From Flavobacteriales bacterium (GTDB lineage Bacteria; Bacteroidota; Bacteroidia; Flavobacteriales_F; PHOS-HE28), in contig JAGNSU010000002.1 in the NCBI GenBank assembly GCA_017987895.1, positions 74 to 64,073 of the forward strand: DNA of 64,000 nt, written 5' to 3'. The translations under genes and the position numbers were made by a program. The notes under the pieces are model-generated. The model saw nothing but the letters and a program-made list of their open reading frames with translations, had not been told where the DNA came from and ran no database searches. Of the stretch, positions 56,521 through 64,000 are shown one piece after another (the first letter of the stretch is position 1; each line of letters starts with the position of its first letter).

Positions 56521-56870
56521 GAGTCGGTTCAAGATCTCTTCACATGCGTCCCCGGCCTCTTTCCGCCCATGCTCTTCACCGGAAAATGTTCCCGTAGACA
56601 CCGCTACACGAAAATTTTCCAGCAAACCCTGAGAGCCTGTTTGGGATCTCTTCAAACTCGTCCTCCGGTCTCTTTTCCGCCCATGCTTCGCCGCAAAATG
56701 ATCCCGTAGGCACCCCCGGTTCGGGGACCGGGGCAGGCTACTACGCGATGATCTTCCGGCTTCGCCTGATCGAAAAATAGCCTCGGAGTCCTTCGTTCAA
56801 GAGATCCCAAACAGGCTCTGAGCAAGAATTAGTCTCGGGGCCCATCCTGCAAGAGATCTTGAACAGGCTC
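56521..56870. mobile_element. Outer MITE-like element (related family) interrupted by the 186-bp element
   Basis: Ends gagtcggttcaagatctctt and aagagatcttgaacaggctc are inverted. The first ~80 bp parallel the left arm of the inner element. Confidence 0.55.
56633..56818. mobile_element. 186-bp MITE-like element, second copy (inverted relative to 23131..23316)
   Basis: Ends gagcctgtttgggatct and agatcccaaacaggctc form a perfect 17-bp TIR. The interior matches the 23.1-kb copy in reverse complement. Confidence 0.7.
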
Positions 56871-56915
56871 TCAGGCGGAGCACGATCACCTTGTGACGAC
56901 GGCTATCTTGCCGCC

Positions 56916-57191
56916 ATGTCCAGCGCCTGGATCGCGATCAGCGAACAACTACCGCCAGATGGACAGCGCGTGCTCTGCTGGGTACCAGGGCATCAGGTCT
57001 ACTTGCCCGGAAAGACGGGGGCTATGGACCTGCGCGAAGCGGTGATCCTACGCTTCCAGCAGGACTACTTCCTCAAGAACCCGAGCAAGACGGGACAGGC
57101 CACAAGCGCACACTTCTGGACCGGTGAAGGCACGAGCAATCAGTTCTTCGAAGCGGTCACCCATTGGCAACCGCTTCCCGCAAGGCCGTGA
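56916..57191 (+). CDS. small DUF551-like protein
   Basis: MSSAWIAISEQLPPDGQRVLCW...VTHWQPLPARP. The W...P...VL start and THW.PLP end resemble phage-associated DUF551. Confidence 0.5.
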   Translation: MSSAWIAISEQLPPDGQRVLCWVPGHQVYLPGKTGAMDLREAVILRFQQDYFLKNPSKTGQATSAHFWTGEGTSNQFFEAVTHWQPLPARP

Positions 57192-57917
57192 TCAGCGATC
57201 GCCGACCGGCATGATCTCGAGCAGGTCCACCTCGAAGATCAATGCGCTGTTCAAGGGAAGTTCACCTCCCGGGCCTTTGGAATTGCCATAGGCCAGCCCG
57301 GAAGGGATGTAGAACTTGAAGCGCGAACCTACCGCCATCAATTGCAAGCCCTCGGTCCAACCGGGGATCACTTGTCCTACACCGAACGTAGCAGGCTCAC
57401 CACGCTTGTAGGAGCTATCGAATTCTTTGCCATCGATCAGCGTGCCGCGGTAGTTCACCTTCACCATATCAGCCGCTGTCGGCTTCGGACCGGTGCCCGC
57501 CTGGAGCACTTCGTACTGAAGGCCGCTCGCGGTGGTCTGCACCCCGGCCTTCTTTCCGTTCTCGGTCAACCAGGCCTCCCCTTTGCGCAAGTTCTCCTCA
57601 CCTTCCAACTGCTCGCGGGCCATGATCTTCTTCTGTGCCTCCATCATATAGGCCTGCACGAGGGTGCGGACGTTCTCAACGCTGATGCGCTCGGCGCTGT
57701 CCAGTCCGTCCTGGATGCCCATGGCCATTGCGTCCACGTTCAACGAATCCAGACCACCCATCTTCATATTGTGCCCTATATCCGTTCCTATACCATAGCT
57801 CACGGAGTCGATCTTGCTCTTCAAAGGGGTGTTCCGGCCTTTTTGCCCGGTGACCTCGTTGGAGCATGCGGTGATAAGCATCGCGGCGAGCGCGATCAAA
57901 AAGGAGCGGATGAACAT
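57192..57917 (-). CDS. FKBP-type peptidyl-prolyl cis-trans isomerase (FkpA/Mip-like lipoprotein)
   Basis: Lipobox LITAC, an N-terminal dimerisation-like helix, and an FKBP core (VNYRGTLIDGKEFDSS...GQVIPGWTEGLQLM...IPSGLAYG). Confidence 0.9.
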   Translation of the reverse strand: MFIRSFLIALAAMLITACSNEVTGQKGRNTPLKSKIDSVSYGIGTDIGHNMKMGGLDSLNVDAMAMGIQDGLDSAERISVENVRTLVQAYMMEAQKKIMAREQLEGEENLRKGEAWLTENGKKAGVQTTASGLQYEVLQAGTGPKPTAADMVKVNYRGTLIDGKEFDSSYKRGEPATFGVGQVIPGWTEGLQLMAVGSRFKFYIPSGLAYGNSKGPGGELPLNSALIFEVDLLEIMPVGDR

Positions 57918-57962
57918 GATCGTGGTTTGGGGGCGCGAAGATAACCGTTACCGGTTACGGCG

Positions 57963-58772
57963 CTACTCCCCCAACAGTGTGCGTACCTTCCGGTTGAACC
58001 GGACGAACCGGGCGAGGTCGCTATGGTGACCCTTGGGGAACGCGATCAATTCGCGTTGCCGATCGCTGGGTATGCAGGAATACAGTCGTAGTGCGCTGGA
58101 AAATGGCACCACCGCGTCCTTCTCGCCGTGGAAGATGTAGATCGGACATTGGACGTCCGTTATCCGCTCACAATTGTCGAAGGTGTACCGCAGCAGAAGA
58201 CCGTAAGGCAACCAACGGAAGTAATGGCGTGCAGCGTCGATGAGGCGCGCGAAGGGCGCCTCTAACAAGAGTAGTTTGGGGCGGCCTCGACCAGCCGTGG
58301 GTATGGCGAGGGCACAGCCCAGCGACCGCCCGTACAGCACGATGTCCGTTTCCGGCATTTCCTTGCACAGCTCCCCATACCAAGTCCAGGCATCCGCGAG
58401 CAGTGCTGCTTCGCTGAGCTTGCCACGGCTCTTGCCGTACCCCCGGGGGTCCGGCATCAGCACCGCCCATCCCAGCCGGGTGAACCGCGGCGCACGTCGG
58501 CCCCAACGGCGAAGTGTGCCCGTGTTGCCGTGGAAGTAAAGCACCACGCCTTTTGTGATCCCTTCTTCCGGCGGAAAATAAAGGGCGTGCAATCGTGTCC
58601 GGTCATCGGCCTCGACGAAACGCTCCTCGAAAGGGAACTGGAACTTGAACCGATACCCATCGGAAAGGTCGTTCCGAACGAAGATCAGGCGCTCTTGAAG
58701 GAGATAGTAGGAAGCACAAACCCCCGCGTAAACAAGGACCATTATCCCCACAACCGATAGTCCGAACTCCAT
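57963..58772 (-). CDS. alpha/beta hydrolase
   Basis: N-terminal TM helix, HGNTG oxyanion region, nucleophile elbow GRSLG. Confidence 0.8.
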   Translation of the reverse strand: MEFGLSVVGIMVLVYAGVCASYYLLQERLIFVRNDLSDGYRFKFQFPFEERFVEADDRTRLHALYFPPEEGITKGVVLYFHGNTGTLRRWGRRAPRFTRLGWAVLMPDPRGYGKSRGKLSEAALLADAWTWYGELCKEMPETDIVLYGRSLGCALAIPTAGRGRPKLLLLEAPFARLIDAARHYFRWLPYGLLLRYTFDNCERITDVQCPIYIFHGEKDAVVPFSSALRLYSCIPSDRQRELIAFPKGHHSDLARFVRFNRKVRTLLGE

Positions 58773-58873
58773 GATGCAAAGGTACCGGAGAGCTCAGAGG
58801 CTGTAAGCCGCCGGGGGTGCGGGATATCCGGGCGGACCAGCCTTCGAGGCGAAGGCCGCTCTCACGTCCCACC

Positions 58874-59971
58874 TCACTCACCGGCGGAGGCGAGGGCCTC
58901 GGTCTCATATACCTCCTTGGTGCAGCTATCGCCGTTCTTGAAATAGAACACGCCACCCCATTTGTGTGCGATGCGTCTGAACTCCGTGATCAACCCGGCC
59001 TGCTCCAGCCGGATGAGCGTGACCACCTTGTTGGTCTCCACGATCAGCTCTTCCTGTCGTACCACCTCGGGCACGATCACCTGGAGTTCGGGCCGAGCTT
59101 CTTCTCCGGCCGCCGCAACGATCGAGCGTCGCCCGTCGCTTCCCTCAACGACTTGGGCACTTATGCTGTTGCGGAGCGGCTTAGGCGGCGGCGGCGGCTT
59201 GGGTTTCTCTTCCTTGGCCATCACGGGCGCAGGTGGCTTTGGTGGCGGGGCCTCCTCTTTTTTTGGTGGAACGATCTTGCGGGCCTCCTCGGCCTGCCGC
59301 GCTTCTGCCGCCTTGCGTTCCTCTTCGGCTTGGCGGGCCTCAGCGGCCTTGCGTTCCTCCTCCTGCTTCGCGAACACCGCGGCTTGTTTGGCGGCTTCGG
59401 CATCGGCCTTGGCCTTCGCTTTGGCGGTTTCAGCCGCTTGCTTCTCCAGTTCCTTGTTCTTCTCCTCCTCTTCCTTCTGTTTCTCGACCACTTGCTCCAT
59501 CACCTCCTGGAGCTGCGATTGGATGCTCTTCGTATAGTCCGTGTCGTAGTTGAAATCGTCCATCTCCGGTTCATACCGGATGATCCCCACGGGTTGATTG
59601 AACATCACGATGTTCACGTCGTCGTATTGCTTGAACAGGGACACCGCGAACTCGAAGGGCGCGAACCCGTTCGACACGGCTTCGGCCGGTGCCTTGGTTT
59701 CGAACACCAGTTTCTTGGTCACGAAACCATCCTTCTCGAAGCTCATCACGTAGCTCGCGTTGAAGTCCAGGTCCACGACGAACTTGCTGAGCCCGCTGTT
59801 CACAGTGCGGTCCTTCTCGCCGTTCTTGTAGATCACCATCCGCGTGTTCTCCAAGCCGCCGCCTTCCACCTTCACGCGGCCGGTGATGGTGAATTTGCGT
59901 TGGGCGAGCACGGGACCGCAGACCAACAGGACCAGGGGAAGTAAACAGTATGCTGGACGGAAGAGGGTCAT
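58874..59971 (-). CDS. secreted protein with a CarboxypepD_reg-like N-domain and a K/E/A-rich low-complexity linker
   Basis: Signal peptide, then FTITGRVKVEGGG.... Duplicated EERKAAEARQAEE and a PPKPP tract. Confidence 0.65.
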   Translation of the reverse strand: MTLFRPAYCLLPLVLLVCGPVLAQRKFTITGRVKVEGGGLENTRMVIYKNGEKDRTVNSGLSKFVVDLDFNASYVMSFEKDGFVTKKLVFETKAPAEAVSNGFAPFEFAVSLFKQYDDVNIVMFNQPVGIIRYEPEMDDFNYDTDYTKSIQSQLQEVMEQVVEKQKEEEEKNKELEKQAAETAKAKAKADAEAAKQAAVFAKQEEERKAAEARQAEEERKAAEARQAEEARKIVPPKKEEAPPPKPPAPVMAKEEKPKPPPPPKPLRNSISAQVVEGSDGRRSIVAAAGEEARPELQVIVPEVVRQEELIVETNKVVTLIRLEQAGLITEFRRIAHKWGGVFYFKNGDSCTKEVYETEALASAGE

Positions 59972-60031
59972 GGTGCGATGCGCGGGCGATGGAACTTGCG
60001 CGACCCGTCTACGTAACAGACCCGCATCAAG

Positions 60032-60508
60032 TTGCCCTTTCCCATGCGGACCTGGACCACCCCTCTCTTGCTGATCGCGGTCATTTCAACCACGGCCCAA
60101 GACCAGCGGCAACAGCTATTGACGGAACTGAACACGCTCTATCGGGGTGAAGTGAAGTTCCGGATCGACAAGGAGGAGCGCTTGGTAGCGGACTTCTTTG
60201 ATGCCAGTGGTCACTTCCGCCAGGATGCGGTGTACATCGAGTTCTTGGACAGCGCTGGTTTCCGGTTCAATGCCGAGGAGAACGCCGTGGTTATGAAATG
60301 CAATGCCGCGAACGCCAACTGCATCGAAAAGGAGATCTTCAAACTGAACGTGATCCGTCATACGGGCCGCAGCAACTTCCCGGTACCAGCGGGCGATGGC
60401 GAAGGGCGGAAGGCCATCACCGTCTTGGGACGGCTGGTGGGTTCGGCACAAGCGGACATCGCACGCGTCGCCGCCGAAACCCATGCACGACCCATGCGTA
60501 AGAAGTGA
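60032..60508 (+). CDS. hypothetical secreted protein
   Basis: Signal peptide. Its stop overlaps the next start. Confidence 0.5.
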   Translation: MPFPMRTWTTPLLLIAVISTTAQDQRQQLLTELNTLYRGEVKFRIDKEERLVADFFDASGHFRQDAVYIEFLDSAGFRFNAEENAVVMKCNAANANCIEKEIFKLNVIRHTGRSNFPVPAGDGEGRKAITVLGRLVGSAQADIARVAAETHARPMRKK

Positions 60509-61062
60509 ACGCTTCCACATCGACCATGTCACGCATCCTTTCCACCGTGCTTTTGGGCCTTTCGCTGAGCAATGGGCGCGCCCAGGACCTTGCCCTAGCC
60601 ACCAGCGGTGACAAGGCTCTGGAGGAGACCTACACCAAAGGGGAACAGGCCTATCAGCGCGGTGCCTACGAGGAGGCCATCGCCCTGTTCAGCGATGTGC
60701 TGAAGCAAGACCCGGAGCACATGAACGCTTACCTGCAACGCGGCTTCTGCCAAAGCCTCACCAAACAATACGAGAAGGCGATCGCGGACTTCAGTGCAGT
60801 GATCGCGCGCAAACCCGACCACCTCTGGGCCTATACCAGCCGGGGTAGCGCGTACACCAAGTTGCAGCGATACGACAAGGCGATCATGGACTTCGACCTG
60901 GTGATCGGTCTCGACCCGAAGAACGAAGAGGCGTTCAATAACCGGGGCTGGGCCCGCAAAGCGAGCGGAGATGCCCCCGGTGCCTGCAAGGACTGGCGTA
61001 CGTCCCAACGGATGGGCAACGCCGAAGCCCGCATCATACTTACCAACAACCGCTGCAAATGA
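60505..61062 (+). CDS. tetratricopeptide-repeat protein
   Basis: Several TPR units (AYEEAIALFSDVLKQDPEHMNAYLQRG..., KAIADFSAVIARKPDH..., KAIMDFDLVIGLDPKN...). Confidence 0.8.
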   Translation: MNASTSTMSRILSTVLLGLSLSNGRAQDLALATSGDKALEETYTKGEQAYQRGAYEEAIALFSDVLKQDPEHMNAYLQRGFCQSLTKQYEKAIADFSAVIARKPDHLWAYTSRGSAYTKLQRYDKAIMDFDLVIGLDPKNEEAFNNRGWARKASGDAPGACKDWRTSQRMGNAEARIILTNNRCK

Positions 61063-61463
61063 ACCTCCGATCCCTGCTGCTCCTCCTGGCCTGCGCCGTC
61101 GCACCCTTCATCGCACATGCACAGAACGCCAACGATTGCGTGTCGAAGGTCGCTTCCTCCTGGGGCCAGCCCTGTGAGAAATGCGAATTCTACAAGGAAG
61201 GCTACAAGCGCGATCATTCCGGCAACTACCAGATCGAACTGGAGAACACCTGCAGGGACCTCATCGAAGTGAAGGTGGCCATGCAGGAAAAGAGCGGCAC
61301 CTGGCGCACATTTCCGGTAAAAGCACTGATGCCCCAGGAGAAAATGATCGCCTTCGCATGCCAAGGCACGGGTAAGTACCTCTACTGGGCCCGTCGCGTG
61401 AACGATACAGAGGTACTCCTCCCCTCGGACCATGAGATCCTCACCTCCTACGCCGGTCGCTGA
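61059..61463 (+). CDS. hypothetical secreted Cys-containing protein
   Basis: Signal peptide. Its start overlaps the TPR gene stop. Confidence 0.55.
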   Translation: MNLRSLLLLLACAVAPFIAHAQNANDCVSKVASSWGQPCEKCEFYKEGYKRDHSGNYQIELENTCRDLIEVKVAMQEKSGTWRTFPVKALMPQEKMIAFACQGTGKYLYWARRVNDTEVLLPSDHEILTSYAGR

Positions 61464-61608
61464 GCACAATTACCACCACCGCTTCGTAAAGACCTGCCCA
61501 AGGCAGGTCTTTCTCTTTCCACCGGCCGTTGTTGGCATCACCCCGGTCCCGGGCGCTCGCAGCGAACGGCCACGCCTAGCTTCGCCTCTCCGATCCCTGT
61601 TCCGTGCC

Positions 61609-62001
61609 ATGGCAACGAAGCTGCTCCATATAGACCGCACCGAAACATCACCGCAGATCGATATCGACATGGAGCACGGCGTGATGGAGTTCGTAGGCCG
61701 TTCCCTACCGGCGAATTCAGAGCAATTCTACTCCCGCGTGTACCGCTGGCTGGATGAGTATCTCCGGATCCCGCGCGCCGAGACCACGGTGAACATGAAG
61801 CTCGACTACCTGGACACCAGCTCGTCCAAACACCTGTACAACATCTTCGACCGACTGAACACCGTGAACGAACGCGGACAAGCCGTGCTCGTGAATTGGC
61901 ACTTCGAGACCGGCGATGATGAGATGGCCGAGACCGGTAAGGACTACGAGCGCTTCTTCAATATGGACTTCCGCTTCATCGAAGTGGAGGAGATGTTCTG
62001 A
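61609..62001 (+). CDS. DUF1987 (SiaC-like) protein
   Basis: Start trimmed to MATKLLHIDRTETSPQIDIDMEHGVMEFVGRSLPANSEQFYSRVYRWLDEY, the characteristic DUF1987 N-terminus. Confidence 0.7.
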   Translation: MATKLLHIDRTETSPQIDIDMEHGVMEFVGRSLPANSEQFYSRVYRWLDEYLRIPRAETTVNMKLDYLDTSSSKHLYNIFDRLNTVNERGQAVLVNWHFETGDDEMAETGKDYERFFNMDFRFIEVEEMF

Positions 62002-62147
62002 GGAACTGAGTTGCTGGTCGTCAGTTCCCGGTTCTCCGGCGAAGCCGCGTCGGAAAGCAGGTGCATGTTGTCCGGCCCGGTACGAGTAGGCGGTCGCACA
62101 CTGTCCCCACCGTCAACTGAGACCGGAAAACATGGAACTCTTGCCGG

Positions 62148-63482
62148 CTACAGCAGGTCGTTCGCCAAGTTGGCCAGCGCGCTGCGCTCGCCCTTCTCCA
62201 GGGTGATGTGCGCGAAAATGGGATCACCCTTGGCCTTGTCGATAAGGTAGCTCAGTCCGTTGCTCTCCGAATCCAGGAATGGTGAGTCGATCTGGTGAAC
62301 ATCACCCGTGAAAACGATCTTGGTGCCTTCGCCCGCCCTGCTGATCACGGTCTTCACCTCGAGCGGGGTAAGGTTCTGCGCCTCGTCCACGATGAAGAAG
62401 ATATTGCTGAGGCTGCGGCCCCGGATGTACGCCAGCGGGGCGATCGCGATCTTCTCGTTCTCCAGCATCTCGTCGATCCGCTTGGGCGTGTTGTCATGCT
62501 TCTCGAACTGGCCCTTGATCAGCTTCAGGTTGTCCCAAAGCGGTTGCATGTACGGGTCCAACTTGCTCTGGATATCACCGGGCAGATAGCCGATGTCCTT
62601 GTTGCTCAGGGGTACCACCGGACGCGTGACATAGATCTGCCGGTAAAGCCTGCGCTGCTCCAGCGCACAAGCCAGTGCGAGCAACGTCTTCCCCGTTCCC
62701 GCCGCGCCTTGCAGAGTGACGAGCTTGATCTCCGGATCCATCATCGCGCTCATGGCCAACGCCTGCTCCGCGTTCTTGGGACCAATGCCGAACACGCTGT
62801 GCTTCTCCACACGGTCCACTTGGCCCGTGCGCGGATCGAACTTGGCCAGTATGCTCTTCTTTTTGTGCTTGAGGATGAAGAAGTGGTTGCCGGTCGGGCG
62901 GCCGATGCCCAAGTCTTCCACGGGCATGCTGCCCCGTTCGAACAATTGGTCGATGAGGGATTCGTTCAGATCGTCGACCACCGTTCGCCCGGTGTACAGA
63001 TTATCCTGCACATCCTTCACCCGACCGGTGAGGTAGTCCTCGGCGATGATATTGAGGCTTTTGGCCTTTAGGCGCAGGGCGATGTCCTTGGTGACGAGCA
63101 CCACTTTGCGGTCCTTGTTCTGCCGCTGCAAGGTGAGCGCAGCGTTCAGGATCTGGTGATCGTTCTTGCCGTCAGCGAAGACCTTCGTGGCATCCACCCC
63201 GTTGAGGTCGTGTTTGGCCACGACCTTGAACTTGCCCTTCGTGGGTCCGTTCAGTGGGATCCAATCCGTGAGCAGGTCGCGCTGCGCCACCCCGTCCAAA
63301 TGGCGGATGAATTCGCGCGCTTCGAAATTGATGGTGTCGTTGCCTTTTTTGAACGTATCGAGTTCTTCAAGTACCTGTATGGGAATGGCCACATCATGCT
63401 CCTGGAAGCATTCGATGGCCGAGTGATCGTAGAGGATCACGGAGGTGTCCAGTACGAAGATCTTGCGGTCTTTTTTCTTCAT
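62148..63482 (-). CDS. PhoH-family ATPase with an N-terminal PIN domain (YlaK-like)
   Basis: Start trimmed to MKKKDRKIFVLDTSVILYD (PIN). Walker A GAAGTGKT. PhoH core ...IVFTGDVHQID. Confidence 0.9.
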   Translation of the reverse strand: MKKKDRKIFVLDTSVILYDHSAIECFQEHDVAIPIQVLEELDTFKKGNDTINFEAREFIRHLDGVAQRDLLTDWIPLNGPTKGKFKVVAKHDLNGVDATKVFADGKNDHQILNAALTLQRQNKDRKVVLVTKDIALRLKAKSLNIIAEDYLTGRVKDVQDNLYTGRTVVDDLNESLIDQLFERGSMPVEDLGIGRPTGNHFFILKHKKKSILAKFDPRTGQVDRVEKHSVFGIGPKNAEQALAMSAMMDPEIKLVTLQGAAGTGKTLLALACALEQRRLYRQIYVTRPVVPLSNKDIGYLPGDIQSKLDPYMQPLWDNLKLIKGQFEKHDNTPKRIDEMLENEKIAIAPLAYIRGRSLSNIFFIVDEAQNLTPLEVKTVISRAGEGTKIVFTGDVHQIDSPFLDSESNGLSYLIDKAKGDPIFAHITLEKGERSALANLANDLL

Positions 63483-63557
63483 CCGATCAAGGAACGTTGC
63501 GTGCCAAATGTATCCGCAGTGTATGGGGGGAAATGGGGATATGGCACGCGCACTTAT

Positions 63558-63573
63558 CCACGATCGATCGTGG
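63558..63573. promoter_or_regulatory. Perfect 16-bp palindrome upstream of the PIN-PhoH gene
   Basis: ccacgatcgatcgtgg lies about 77 nt upstream of the start. The related 10-bp palindrome cacgatcgtg recurs at about 63836..63845. Confidence 0.35.
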
Positions 63574-64000
63574 TCATGGTCGATCCAACCGCCGCATCGA
63601 ACAGTGCGGAATGAAACAGGGGCCGACCGGTGCGGTGGCCCCTGTTCCCGTGGTGTGAGGCCTTGACCCCGCATTCACGCCAACTCCGCTCCTCCTGTCC
63701 TGTTCCCGGTCCCCGCTCACGCGAGTTGGGCGCATGACCGATCGAACTTCGGGTGTGGCTGGCACACCTTCCGCAGAACCCCTTGACCTCTTACCAGGTG
63801 CGTTCCATCCGAGGATGGACCGTCAGGGCCCCATGTCACGATCGTGGTCAGAACGGCTTGGTGCATCGAAAGTACCGGCACACTTCACTTCCTCCAAAAA
63901 GATGGTCCGTGCCTTATGCACATCTTCTGCACATCGCTGCTCAACAACGGTGGATCAGCGCGTGATCACTACCCGCACCACTTCGCTCCGATCCCCTGCG

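Noticed and set aside
56859-56915. Upstream extension of the DUF551-like ORF into the MITE end.
   Set aside because: The alternative start lies inside the outer element's terminal repeat. The ATG at 56916 gives the family-like N-terminus.
63955-64000. Possible 3' end of a minus-strand gene (translation ...GDRSEVVRVVITR*, reminiscent of a T9SS CTD end).
   Set aside because: Only about 14 codons are inside the window, which is too little to support a call.

Overview
This is a high-G+C chromosomal segment from a Bacteroidota-type organism. The phylum call rests on several T9SS type-A and type-B C-terminal sorting domains, a PorP/SprF gene, a GEVED domain and phylum-typical HTH families. I found no rRNA, tRNA or CRISPR array by eye. 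Recognisable core genes are argS with two arginine-catabolism genes, ftsK, aroE, uvrB, divergent katG-oxyR, an M16 peptidase pair, an FKBP PPIase, a PIN-PhoH ATPase, and OsmC/CDGSH/NAT and DedA genes. There are also five T9SS cargo proteins. The tract from about 8.95 to 23.3 kb looks accessory. It holds a VapBC-like cassette inside a 125-bp duplication of the ftsK 3' end and a visibly low-G+C KAP-family P-loop NTPase. It also holds about 1 kb of repeat-dense non-coding DNA. Further along is a 1013-aa protein with 12 propeller-blade repeats, in which six blades split a DUF4185-like domain. Next come a small HTH gene and a Zn-ribbon gene. They are followed by 13 exactly phased 21-bp repeats next to an AT-rich stretch, and then two orphan genes. 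My best candidate for an undescribed system is the 15.4-21.8 kb locus, with the KAP NTPase and the ftsK-embedded TA cassette as secondary candidates. A 186-bp MITE-like element occurs at 23.1 kb and, inverted and nested in a related element, at 56.6 kb. All function calls come from reading motifs in the translations. No searches or computations were run, and hand-counted coordinates may be off by a base or two.
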